Below, piece by piece: positions 38,301 to 49,700 of a DNA stretch of 64,000 nt. The position numbers and the translations under genes are program-made. Origin of the DNA: Acanthaster planci (taxonomy: Eukaryota); contig NW_019091355.1 of NCBI RefSeq assembly GCF_001949145.1, positions 1,821,107-1,885,106 of the forward strand, read 5' to 3'. How positions within the stretch are numbered: the first letter of the stretch is position 1; every line of letters starts with the position of its first letter. Under the pieces are notes generated by a model. That model saw nothing but the letters and a program-made list of their open reading frames with translations. It was not told the origin of the DNA and ran no database searches.

Positions 38301-40372
38301 CAACGTGGTGCACGGTATGCCTAGGTGTTTATAGTTTGATAATGGTGCTAGTTACAGCACCTTTCTTTGAACCAAAATGGCTCAAAAATTACAACGTACA
38401 GTATGTGTGCAGTGTTACTGTACCTCAGAAAGACTTTTCACCATCACTGTTCTAAGACATATCCCACAAAATTTGAATAAACATTTTTATATTTGGGGAC
38501 GGAATGCCACCAAAATTACTGGTATAATTGGTTAGTAACAGTGAATCTGACATTTTTCTTCTATGGGATATTGGATTTCTGTTCAAAAAGTCCCCTCCAT
38601 CAATTTTTCTTTTTCTGTTAGAACACAAATCACCAGCAGTGGAAATCTGTAAATATCTCATGTTATAAAGCATAGCATACAGATTGTGCTTTACAATCAT
38701 AATTGCATATTACAGCTGTGTGTGTATACCGTGTAGAGTATTGATTTGAATGTCAGACCCACAATGTACAGCACATCTGCAAATGAGCTTGCATCGTTTC
38801 TGAAACAATAAAACAAATCATGGCAAAAGACAGCAAACTTTTCAAGGAATGTGGACAATATCACACATACGTGTACACATCGAACTGGCATGAGTACATG
38901 TACATTGAATTTTACAATGCTCACAGCTGCACTCAACCTCTCTTGTAAAGTTTTCCAAAGCAGTGAAATGTAAATGTTGTCCTTCAACAAATTTAACTGC
39001 TAAATGTCAACAACCCGTGTTTACTTTGTTGATTCATGCCAAACAAACATTTGCAGCTTATTTAGTCCTACAATGCAGGCATGGTTTATAATGATAACAA
39101 CAAATTAGGTCACCCTAGGTGATGTCTCTTGTACTAGTGCAACATACCGGTACATGTAACAGCACATATTGTACATGTGATGGTTAGTAGTCGAAAAGCT
39201 GCATACTTTCTGCAATTTTCAGGTATTGAGTCTCCGGTTTCATGCCAGGAAAATCAAAGACTCTTGTGAGCAAGTCCTTTGAAGAGATTTAGGATCTTCT
39301 GAAAACCCCCATTCCAAGAAGTTGACCATCTTCTGTTTGTTTGAATATAAGATTGCAAGGTGTGTGTTGTTTGGCAATAAATTGGCATTGGTAAGTACAG
39401 GAAAACATCTGCTATAAGCCTTAAAATGCCAAAAAATGATCATGTTGTGCAATGCACAAAGCCATTTTAACATCTGCACAAATGCACCTGTACCTAGAAT
39501 GTCTATAACATCATTAACATGAGTATGCACGTATGCAAGCCACCTTTTTTCCAGGAGCGTTTTCAGAAAGAAAAAAAACCATTTGTTTATCATAATAGTG
39601 TGTTTGTCACAGGTCTGCAACTTGTAACATGCATTTACATGTAACATATTTAACTTTATCAAGGAAAACAAGAAAACAAGCGTTGGAGACAAACCATAGG
39701 ACTACGTGTACATCTCCTTTTTTGTCCTGAATCAGAAACCTTTTTGTATCTTTTATCACATTCGCAATCAAATATGATGTAAATTGTTTTAGTCCCTATC
39801 ATAACGGTCACTGACCATTCTGACAAGCGTGACATGCCTCAACAGTAGTTTTTAAAATTGATGCAAATAAAATATCAATGTATTAATAAATACCACTAAA
39901 TGCAGTGAAGGGAAAAGTGGAAAAAATTATAACTTCGACAAAAAAAAGTTTTTCCTGCATGAAAAAAAATAGAGTACCACTTGAAGTTGAAGCCTCTGTG
40001 CACAAACCTGGTGTGACTATGATGAGACTTGTCTGAAAACTTTTCTAAGTAAATGCTTCGGAATTTTCCCACCTGAATTTCACTTTATAGGACATTTTAT
40101 CACTTTCTGATGGCTGCTATAACATTTCAAGGGAAAATTTGTGTTGTCCGTGAGTGGAACTCTTTCCAAAAAACTGTAAATTTTGTAGGGCCTTCAGAGA
40201 AGAGCGCCCTCCCCACAGTTATTCCAATTTTAAAGTACTTAAAAGAATCAATGGGGGAAAATCGATGCTAACTCACCTTCGAGACAACAAGAGGAATACC
40301 AGTTCCCCTCCCTCCTTTCATCCGAAATCCCCACGGAGATCCACCCTCCAGCACTACTGTGTAATTCGCCAT
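2336..40372 (-). CDS. SORBS: PDZ + SoHo domain adaptor, SORBS/CAP/vinexin family; 5' part only (~857 codons), continues off the left edge
   Basis: Phase-consistent GT-AG exon chain: 40372-40277, 25039-24888, 24518-24442, 23909-23640, 22509-22291, 20376-20173, 17335-17231, 13543-13268, 12923-12742, 12481-12115, 9967-9806, 6638-6451, 5984-5909, 5804-5769, 4848-4810, 3898-3839, 2398-2336. PDZ signature GGSPWGFRMKGG...INPGSKA...GD.V.RING. SoHo signature YQGIGPKDETGLPIGLR...HDWYKEMFKTIHK. Small internal exons are less certain than the PDZ and SoHo exons. Confidence 0.85.
3280..3750. repeat. Degenerate GGCCA-rich minisatellite, ~85-94 bp higher-order unit
   Basis: Unit ggccacttaatatcaggccaata.ata.at.c.ggtc.aggccactaagcattaggcca... 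starts at 3435, 3520 and 3614, with a partial fourth copy. Confidence 0.85.
5909..6638 (-). CDS. SORBS: Two exons (6638-6451, 5984-5909) encoding the sorbin homology (SoHo) domain
   Basis: Spliced peptide ...KEAPRYQGIGPKDETGLPIGLRA|HVKEENRHDWYKEMFKTIHKQDRPE matches the SoHo pattern (Y.GIGP.DE.G.P...R...DWYK.MFK.IH). Confidence 0.92.
11238..11269. repeat. Perfect 14-bp stem / 4-nt loop palindrome
   Basis: acatgggataccag-ttac-ctggtatcccatgt. Confidence 0.9.
15051..15160. mobile_element. Palindromic MITE (copy 1)
   Basis: ggctttgcatggtagccatcttgc...gcaagatgacagccatgcaagccctctat. Homologous to 27181-27303. Confidence 0.7.
15694..15763. mobile_element. Degenerate piggyBac-like MITE, same family
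   Basis: ttaa|ccctat...ggaggatttgggactgttaggg|ttaa. Confidence 0.55.
16742..16928. mobile_element. Degenerate MITE with long imperfect inverted ends, Harbinger-like
   Basis: taaagaccggttcata...gaattt versus aaattc...tatgagctggcctta. TAA/TTA termini. Confidence 0.5.
17615..17790 (+). mobile_element. tRNA-derived SINE (second family, degenerate)
   Basis: Box A-like AGCTCGGTGGTCGAGCGG, box B GGTTCGAGTCCC (17671-17682), AT-rich tail. Does not close into a cloverleaf. Confidence 0.6.
19038..19096. mobile_element. Tiny piggyBac-like MITE (TTAA-CCCT...AGGG-TTAA)
   Basis: ttaa|ccctaacagtcctcaatcc...ggactgaggactgttaggg|ttaa. Related copies at 54522-54573 and 15694-15763, and a half copy at 59545-59578. 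Confidence 0.7.
24888..25039 (-). CDS. SORBS: Second coding exon, C-terminal half of PDZ domain (INPGSKAAVAQIHIGDTVERINGQPTNNLDQNDAQNLIRNATSKLKLALS)
   Basis: 152 nt, acceptor ttcttcatgtag, donor gtgagt. In phase with exon 1 across a 15.2 kb intron. Not in the ORF track. Confidence 0.92.
25115..25410 (+). mobile_element. tRNA-derived SINE
   Basis: Pol III box A TGGCGTAGTGG (25127-25137), box B GGTTCAAATCC (25169-25179), central CACATGTGGATTGGGTTTT...TTTCCTCCCAC segment, (TAA)n tail at ~25385-25410. Confidence 0.8.
27181..27303. mobile_element. Palindromic MITE (copy 2)
   Basis: ggctttacatggtagccatcttgtagg...cctgcaagatggaagccatgcaaaccctct. Homologous to 15051-15160. Confidence 0.7.
29967..30122. 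repeat. 51-bp tandem repeat x3
   Basis: tttgcaaaactgtactcactggcaaatcattggtcaagttttattgcattt, near-identical copies. Confidence 0.95.
30935..30980 (-). other. Candidate non-coding 46-nt exon inside intron 1 of the SORBS-like gene
   Basis: Acceptor gtgttttgcag, strong donor AAG|gtaagt, stop codons in all three frames. A further donor GTG|gtacgt at 31077 lies 96 nt upstream. Confidence 0.45.
40277..40372 (-). CDS. SORBS: First coding exon, N-terminal half of PDZ domain (MANYTVVLEGGSPWGFRMKGGRGTGIPLVVSK)
   Basis: ATG at 40372, 96 nt, donor AAG|gtgagt. The PWGF carboxylate-binding loop is typical of PDLIM/SYNPO2 PDZ domains. Confidence 0.92.
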
Positions 40373-40838
40373 TTTCTCCCGATCGTGTGGTTGGTTCAAA
40401 GTCCACGGAAGAACAGTTTTTCGCGTCCCCGCGGCACTGCGTGAGCTACATTCTTGCTGTGATGAGAGTGCGCAGCCGAGTAAACACACGAGAGGTCAAA
40501 GGGCAACGTGGATGAAAGAAGCACGTTTTTACTAAAGTTGTATAAGTCTCTCAAATTAAGAAAACTGAAACACACAGATTCTTTGGCCGGAGTTGATCTT
40601 TTTAATCCATATAACTACTGTTTTTCATGCTAGTCGAACTTTACCAATCCTTTGGAATGAATGCAGAATTAATTTGGGTGGAATAAAAAGTGTAAATTGT
40701 ATTTTGAGTTGTTTCGTTTCCTCGTGCATTCGGTCAAAGATGTAATGACAGAGGAATTAACCAAGTTTATGAATTGCATCAAGAGGCGACTGCACTCGAG
40801 CGATCGAGACGAGGGATCGGGAATGTGTTTCTGCTGTC
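40373..40838. promoter_or_regulatory. Bidirectional promoter region between the SORBS-like gene (-) and PBLD (+)
   Basis: Only 466 bp separate two divergent start codons. Both ends are CpG-richer than the flanking introns. Confidence 0.7.
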
Positions 40839-43800
40839 ATGATGGCATCCGAAAATCCTGAAAAATATGTCTTTCCCGGACGAGAGGGAAAACTGCCTAT
40901 TATAACAGTGGATGCTTTCACCGACAAGCCTTTTGCTGGCAATTCAGCGGCCGTCTGCTGCCTCGGCGAGGTGAGGAACCCGGGCTTAACATGCCATTAC
41001 CAAATGGAAATGCCGAGGCCAAAACATTTTGATGACACAATTTGTTGCTGTGCTAGTTTGGTGTACGAGTAGTAAGAGATGTTTGAACCGCTGAAATTAT
41101 GTATCTGTCTTCACGACAGCTGCCAAAAGATAATTCTTTTATATTTGTATTTTTCAGGATATTCCTGAAGAAACAAAGATGAAGATTGCCGCCGAAATGA
41201 ATCTATCAGAAACTGCTTATCTACAGACTCTTGTGCCAGGCGAAACATTTCAGACTGGTACCTAGGCTTTACCTTACTTCGAGAACTGTAAATCACTAAC
41301 GGAGTATCACGCAGTTGTGACTTTAGAGTTCTCGAAGTGCCTTTACCTTACGACATGAATCGTGAAAAAATCACAAATTTCAGATAAGATCTGATGATTT
41401 TTTAGTATGATCTAGTTGAGTGCATACATGCAGATGTCTTTGAAGCCAATGTGACCATGGAGGAATAAGAACACAGTGTGACATAGAAAACTTTTTTGCA
41501 GATGAATATTTTTTTTTTAATTTTTCCCCCGTAATTTCTCCGAAGCAACCCACCTCAGGATTCGTTGGTTCACACCCACCCATGAAGTGGACCTGTGCGG
41601 CCATGCCACCTTGGCTTCAGCTGCGGCGCTATTCTATGTCGTGGGCAACCGCAATGATGCAGTGCGATTCCAGTCCAGGAGCGGCGAGTTGATAGCCAGG
41701 CGGGCAGGGGCCTACATCGGCCTGGACTTCCCGCTGAATATGCCATCACCAGAGGTGTTGTTTTTTTCTGGCTGGTGTCACGCAGAAGTGTCTGGTGTAA
41801 AATATTATCCGCTCATTAGCATACTCCCATTGATTGGTCAGGCCTTCATGATAGAGCAGTTGTCGCCAGAAGTTTGCTAGATAGCGTCTGTCCTTAGCAT
41901 CATCCTTCTGCCGACACTTTTTCCCATTGGACACTTTTCGGCAAGACGCTGGGATCCCATTGAAAGGATTCAAGACTTGTATTATTAAGAGAATTTTTAT
42001 TGAAGAATTTGGATGTTTTCGCACATCTCCACAGTATCTTTAGAGACCACAGTAACTATTATGCAACACTTATGTGGTCCACACAACTGTAGAGCATGCC
42101 TGTGCATGCGAGTGTGCACAAGGGACTGACAACTAACTTTAAAAATGACAATTGATGCTTTTGTAAAAAATTGTCTACAAATTGGTAGATTTATGAGTGT
42201 TAGGGGGAGGATATTGCCAGTCAGTGACAGTTCAGGAAAAATGAGTCTGATGGCCTTTAGAATACCCAGAAATAACGACTAAATTGCAGCAACATGAAAA
42301 TCACAAGATATTATGATCGAATGAGAGTGTGAACAATAGATTTGTGTTGTAACCAACTTTTGTTTGATCTTTCTTTATGTCATGCAGGATAGGGCCCCTC
42401 TAGCACAGCTTATTCAGGTAGGATGTGGCTTTTACAGTTCATAATTATTTCCTTAATCAGTACATTTTTTATGATTAAACCATTACAGTCTGGCCCTCAT
42501 TCACTGACATTTCCATTTGCAATAATGATCATTCTGTTGACCTAAATATTACATGGATGCTGTTGTTGCTGGCAAATCCATCCCAAGTCCACATAAGTCC
42601 TTTAGAAGTCGTTCAGTCTTATATTGTCACTTTTTCAAGTGAGCTGAGACAGGTGTTCTACTGAAACTGAACTGACTTCAGATACACTTGTCCACAAATT
42701 TGTGGTAGAGTCGAGTGCAGCACTTCACCGATCGCCATCACTATAGTTGTCAAATCACCACTCTCTGATTATCGCTTGCTCATTGATCAATTGTTAATCA
42801 TCGGTTACCATGATCATCACATGCAAGATGATTTGGTCAACATTCATCTTTCATGTTATGCAATACCTTGTAATTTTCCATCAACATGATCATAATCACA
42901 TAGTCACACCATCTGCAGGTAACTATTGGTCAACACGTGCCACAAGACGTGTATTACTCAGAAAGGACTAAAAAGTTGCTACTGAGGCTGAGGGATACAG
43001 AGACAAGGTACTGTCAAACTTCAGTATAAAATTCAGTGAGTTTGCCTATCATGAGGTCTAGCGTTCAGAAGAACCTGCAAAACAAAATCAGGGCAACTTT
43101 ACTCATCTTTTAACAAGCACAGTTCTCTAAAATTTCCTTGTTGCAGGGAGAAAGTCCTATCACAAGCCAAAGTTGACGTCTCAATTTAGTTACAGTGTAC
43201 ATGTACATCTATTAAGATTTTCCATAAGTTTTTTCCAAAAGAGAAACTATAGTAAGTTTAGTTAGAAGCAAAAGATTAGATTAGAACGTGAATGGACTGT
43301 ACAGGAGTCAGGCGACTTTTTTATTTGGTGAGCAGATGCATCCAAATGGTGACTTGGCACCAGACGTGTTTTGAGCCAACATGAGCATATTACCACAACT
43401 GGATGTGGTAATATCTTGATAACTGACAGTATCTTCATCAGCTGCCATTTGACAAAGCTGCATAGACTCACTCTCATTGTTTTGTTCAAAACAACTCAAA
43501 AGTTTTACAGTACCTTGTTCTGTCTCGCATGCAGAAGTAATTCCATTGAGTTTAAGGCATTCTGGCATTTCATGTGGGCTTTCCACAGAAAATTTGAAAC
43601 TCTGAGACTAATGTCTTGCAATGCAATTATCCTAGGCTACCCTTGGCCCTATCACACCTGTCGATGTTCAGTTTACTCTGGGAGCAAACCAGGAACTTCT
43701 TCTCCGCTTGCCTGACTCTGCAACTAGGTACATGTACATATAGCGAGAATTTCCAATTTGACAGCGATATGATTATTCCACATCGTCAATGAATTTTGTA

Positions 43801-45277
43801 CCCATTTTATGTTGTAGACGGACAGACTACTGCTCTGACAATGTAAGCCTCATTGATTTGGGAATCTGGGCCCAAGTTTGTCCAAGAATATGTGCTTTAA
43901 ACCTCCTGTGCAATTAGTCTTAATTCAAGATGTTGCTATATTCCTGATGCATGACCATGTTCTTGGAAACTGAAGGATCTGCTATGATAGGGCACTACGA
44001 CTTACAACTCACTGCCTTTCGTAGTGGTATAGGATATATGTACATGTAGTATTTTATTGGCAATATAGTTTTCCCTCTAGCATTGGCCCATTGTCGCAGT
44101 GTCTGCTTAATATGATTCAAAACAGTTTCAGGGGCAAAGTTTACAATGCAGATGTGATATTGGAGATTCCTTGATTTTTCTGGAAATGAAGATCATGCCA
44201 GTGTAAGGAAATTGGCTAAGATGTGCCATGTTAAACATGTTAGTTGCTTTCCCTTTGAACACAAATAGCTCCAGTAAACCGTAAATGGAGAAATGACGAC
44301 TGCTGCCATTTATCATTTCATTTTCTGTGCACGCAGAGAAACTTTGGAGAGTCTGCAGCCCGACTTCGGAGCCATGATGGCCGCTCCCAATCCTCACGCC
44401 AAAGTCAAAGGTGTCATCGTCACCCTGAAGGGTAACCCTGGCAACGGGGCCATCGATGCCGACGGCAAGCAGTACGATTTCGTCTCCCGTTATTTCGCCC
44501 CCTGGCACGGCCTACCCGAGGACCCAGTCACAGGTCAGAAAAGGAGACAAAATGTCCCAGGAATTTCCTGTGCTGTAAGCGCTCAAACTAAACTGAATTG
44601 TACTAATAGGCATGACTGCACAACAGAAACAGATCTGGTAATTGTGCCTATGAATGATATTTTGCATGTGTATAGCTAAGGGTTAACCTATGCTCAGACT
44701 TGTTTTTGAAGAGGGTTGAAGTAAACAGCAGTAGACTTTCCTTTTTCCTATCAGGCTCTGCACACACCGTCTTGGCTGGTTACTGGGCAGAGCAACTTGG
44801 CAAGAAGGAACTCTATGGTAAGAATGTCTTGATCAGTGTTGGAGCAAAGGCTTTGATCCTCAAGGCCAGGGCTTTGACTCTCTAGTCACAACGCTAAGGC
44901 CCTCAAATCAAACCTTAAGTCAACCTAATGGCCAAGGCTCGCATCAAGGCACTACATCACTGGTCTTGATAGGAGATATCCAGTAATAATCTCCATTCAG
45001 TGCATCTCCAGTCCAGGGCAAGTTCCTCAGAGCCACAAGGCATAGAAATTTTCTGATTAACATCCAGTGACCCAAATATCTGGGGTTATAATTTATAAGT
45101 GGTTTGGTCTCATGTGGAGGGGCTCCCCTTAACATCAAATGTATTTCTCTTGCTTGTTTGATAGCTCGTCAGTGTTCCAAGAGGGGTGGAGATATTCAAA
45201 TAAGGGTGCGTGATGATGGGCGCGTTGATCTGCTGGGCAAAGCGACAGTAGTTCTACAGGGAGAAATTACTCTTTAA
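40839..45277 (+). CDS. PBLD: Phenazine biosynthesis-like domain protein (PhzF/PBLD family isomerase), 310 aa
   Basis: Exons 40839-40970, 41158-41257, 41546-41754, 42388-42417, 42919-43007, 44337-44533, 44755-44817, 45165-45277 total 933 nt, open to TAA. Motifs VDAFTDKPFAGNSAAV, EMNLSETAY, RWFTPTHEVDLCGHATL, YDFVSRYFAPW.G.PEDPVTGSAH, ARQCSKRGG. Confidence 0.96.
44834..44962. mobile_element. hAT-type MITE in PBLD intron 7
   Basis: Terminal inverted repeats CAGTGTTGGAG / CTACATCACTG, flanked by a perfect 8-bp duplication GTCTTGAT (44826-44833 and 44963-44970). Confidence 0.8.
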
Positions 45278-45926
45278 AGAGTTCCTTTGTGAGCCTCAAA
45301 CTTCTCCGAATAGTGAAGTTTCATATTTACACCTTAATTTAGGGCTTTTCAGGTAAATTGCATCAAACACTTGGCAAATATTGTCTTGTCTTGTAAACAT
45401 GAAGAAGTGCAGATTGTAGTTGGTCCAAGATAAATGATCCAGTTGTTAGGTTTTGGTTGTCAGCCCATGCAAATATTTTCATCCAATTTGAGTATTAAAT
45501 TGAATTTTAAGATTTACTTTTCATAAACCATTTTGCCTTTTTTTTTTGTGGAGAACTATTTTCTTTTTTTCTCTTCATTGCATTTGTCCCTTTACGTGAT
45601 TGCAGACATAAGACCCTTTTAACTGAAATAGGCGAAATCATTCAGGTATTTTGTTCAAAGAAGTTTACATTGTGTCAATGGAATTAATATTTATGAGATC
45701 AGATATTACAAAGTTGTATGATGATGTTTGAAGATGGATGTCTTTTAGACTTTCGGTTCTCAAACTTACAATAATCGTTATGATTTTCATAAATTTATAT
45801 ACTTCAAGAAAGGGAAACTCAACTGATTTTGCTCGTACCACTCTTTTGAATGAAGTAGTACATAGAAAGTTGTGTGGCATATCTGGCACTGGCATTTCAA
45901 ATGAAACAGCAAACCAAAATCTCTGA

Positions 45927-45979
45927 AATAAAATACAGATGTTTATTTCTCTTAGAAAAATGCTGACCTGTCCTTTATT
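45927..45979. terminator. Opposed polyadenylation signals between PBLD and POLB
   Basis: + strand AATAAA at 45927-45932; - strand AATAAA at 45942-45947 and 45974-45979. POLB also has a proximal one at 46728-46733. Confidence 0.45.
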
Positions 45980-46799
45980 CCAACATCATATTCACAAGCT
46001 TCGGTTTAAAACTTTACCTTGAAGTCTCCTTGTTCCAAAATGACAAAGGGCAACGACTAGCACAAACAGCAACGGCCTACATGAGGTACCTGATATGGCG
46101 GACACAAGAGGGTGCTATTTTGTTTGGGTAAATCTTTTGTTTACTCCACATTTACCCACTTCGAATAGCGCCCTCCCATTGTGTCCCCCCATGGTTCAAA
46201 AAGGCCACTTGAGAATTGAATACCAACTGGCAAAATACAACAGAAACTACATTCTATTGCAACTACTTAGACACGGTTGAAGACCTGTAAAAATGGCAAC
46301 TTATAACATTTTTTCTCTCCAAAAACTGAGGTTTTTGTAACACTAATGCTTATTAAACAGAGCACCAGAGTGGTCTCTTCGCAGAGATGGGCCTGGCGGG
46401 CCACTGGGTTGAACATGACTTATATTTACCATATTGGTAATCAAATTTGGCAACTTACAGAGTGCAATTTCAATCCACTGTGGAATGTTTCATTTGCACT
46501 AAAATGGTCCAATTTTACACAACTCAATTGTTTATATATATCCACGTGTACAACTTGCTTTTCCAGCTGACCTAAACCGTCTCTAGAAAACTTGCGCCCC
46601 TGTGTTATAGTTCCAATTCATGGGTTGAGAATTCCTCATATATACTTGGAAGTTCACGTTTGCATCACTGAATATTCCAGATACGTCAAAATAACTGTAT
46701 CACTGACTAGACAAATGTCAGTCTGTGTTTATTCTAGATAAAGCACTGAATGACCACCCTGCTTCAATCAATAGTGGCTGTTAGTTGGGTTCCCCATGT

Positions 46800-49700
46800 C
46801 TACATGTTACGCTCCGACGGCTTCTTGTATGCCATGCCGATGACGTCAAACACATCCTTCTCGCTGTTAACTGGTAGAGGCTCACCAGCAATACCTGCAC
46901 AGGACCAAAACACTGGTACGACTAACCCTGTCATAACTAAACAGAGATGTTTGGCATCTATGCAAGGTGACCTCTCTTCAAATTTTAAAAACTGGCTGGT
47001 ACCCACCTGTGCTGCCCATGGGCCTGATAGTATATTCATTGAGCGTGAAACCAGCTTCGATAGCTTTGGCCCTCATATCTTTGTTGAACATATCACTGCC
47101 GGTGAAGTAAAGCGTGCCACAGAAGTACTGGTCCTTGGGAATAAGTCGGATATCGATGCGTCGGAAGAGATGGTCCTCCTCATCCTCCTCCTCTGCTGGC
47201 AACTGACACACCCCCTGGAAAGAACAAAGGCTTTTGATGAAATTGTGTAATGGACGGTCTTAATATGGCCCTGTAGAAAAGGTAATTACTTTTTTTAATC
47301 ATAAAATAAACCATCATGGGAACCCAACTTAAAAAATTGAAAAATATGATTACCATGAATTTGCTTTCGCCAAGTGAGATGGTGTCAGTTACAAGGGAAG
47401 ATTTCTCCAACTGCTTTACAACTGAGAGAAGCAGTTCAGGCTGTTTAGAAAAAAGGGGCAAACAAAAAAACATTAACCATTAACCGGACAATTTTCTCAC
47501 ACCTTGCTTGAACTTTATTGATATGACCAAAGCTTGCACGTAGGCTGTTTGTCTCGGAGAGTAGTCTTTTAATTAGCTCCACCGAGCGTCTTGAAAATGA
47601 TGGGCATAATGACAATCTTGCTCAGCTCTGAACACTACTATTTAGGCTGCCTTCAATAACTCCAAACCTTACATTGTTTCTTTGAAAAGTAACAAACAAA
47701 AGCACAGTGAAACTTTCACGAAAAACAATTCGAAAAATGTTACTATGCCACAACTCCAGCGTTAAAATTTCACAGAGATTGAGTTACTGTATGAACAAAG
47801 TTTTCGGAACCTGACTGAGGTTCTTCAAGGCTAAATTTCAGGTTCCGGACCTGTTTTTCATCAGCAGAGGTATATTCTGGATGTGTTAGCAGGATATCAA
47901 TGTCACCACTTGATGCAGCTCCCCGTCTGTAGCTGCCGCAGATCGTTGCGATGTAGTCCGGATCTAGGTCCTCTACCTGGGCTTTGATAAACGTTTCCAG
48001 TTTCTCCATCTCTGGGCGGGGGATACGCTTCTCAAAGTCCTCAAAATGCCTGGCAGAGGCAAAAACACTCCTTCAGTCAACTCACAGCCAAGTTGTGTTA
48101 TGTACATTCATTTCGAACAGGGTTATAGAATCTAGTCAGACTTTGGAGGCATTGTTAAGGTCTCGTTTTGAGTATGGGCAACTTTTAGCCGCCTGTTTGG
48201 GCAAGTTTTGGGCACTTGTTTTGAATATACATGTTTTCAGTCACCCTAATATGAGGAGCATATTTCCAAGGCTTTAGGGGGAAATTCAAAGCCAAAATCC
48301 GGGAAAGTTCAGCCTTAATGTTTTAGGTGGAAGAGGCTACTGAGCTGATTGGGGAAAGAGGCAAAAGTGATCTGTCAACACTCTGTTAAATGGTTTTCAC
48401 TTTTAAGAAAATAACTTCATAACTTTGATTTCATACTTGAGTCCAATTTTCTGGTGGTGGTTGAGCTTGTCTTGATGTTTCCTCAGCTCTGTCAAAAGAA
48501 ATGAAATTCAACATTCAACAGCTGAGAAGGAAGGTGTCCAATTTTTATAGCAGTTCTTCAGTGATGTCATTTGATTCACCCTATAAATTACCATTTTATT
48601 TTCTCAGCTAATTTCTACAAATTCAGCATGGTAGGAATGAGAACCACGCTGAATGCAACATGCAATACAGTTGTAATGGGAACACTGCTTTTTATGCAAC
48701 CAAACAGAATTTCCACCCATGCTGAGTGCAACAAAATACAACATTGTAAAAATGAGAACCCTGCTTAATGCAACAAAATGCAACGCAATAGAAAGTCATC
48801 CTGATAAAATGCAACAAAATGCAACAGTAGACCTTGTGGCATTACTCAATGCACTGGATATTTAAACACCAGCCATGGCCCTCTGCAGTTAGTGTTGACT
48901 GAAATTCTATCAATTTAACAGAGTAGAGAAGATTTGGGCAGACAGGAGGTAAATGGGGCTGGATCATTCTTCTGAATCCAAACAGAGCATGTTGTTACCT
49001 TCTATTGTTGTGATGCCATCGTCAACCAGTTTTCTCGCTGCAGCTGGGCTGAAAATAACAAAAAATGTCACTTGCTTTCTTTCCAAACACCAGCACACAG
49101 CAAACCAGTAGAGAAACATTCCATCAGTACACCACAATACCTTCTTTGTGTTTCTAAATAAACAATTCTTTCTGTGGGCGGAATGCTTCACATAAATTTC
49201 AAGCATGGTTGGCAAAAGTCTAGGGCAATACGACACATTTACATCTGTTGTATTTAAGAAGGTACTTGCATGAGTTCTGATGTCATTTCTCAGTATCTTT
49301 GTCACAACTTGTGCATCAATAACGACACACCACCAGGCTGATTATTACTTGTATAACACGTCTCTGAGTTATAAGTTTGTTTTCCTGATAGGGTTGAAGG
49401 AAAGTCTATTTAACCCTAACTGCCTGGCATATCATTTGGCTTACAGGACTCAGTCCTACAAAATACTACATAGTAGTCTGAGCCTGAAGGACCTAGTGCT
49501 ACAAATAATTACTTCTGGCTAGGGCACTTCCATTGTTACTCGTACAGAGAACAATGAAGTCATGTATTCTTAGTGCCACAGCACTGAATGGTACATTGTC
49601 TTATTTATTGTATTTTATGGCTTCAGAAAGCAATGAATTCATGTCCTCATACAAGCAACAGCACTGAATGCTACATTTTATTACTAAGTAGTAATTTTTA

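Noticed and set aside
37739..38324. Overlapping 94-141 aa ORFs suggesting a nested gene or transposase
   Set aside because: No recognisable domain motif. ORFs occur on both strands, as expected for random intron sequence.
44128..44508. 126-aa - strand ORF
   Set aside because: Antisense shadow of PBLD exon 6.
46750..47250. 166-aa + strand ORF
   Set aside because: Antisense shadow of POLB exons 8-9.
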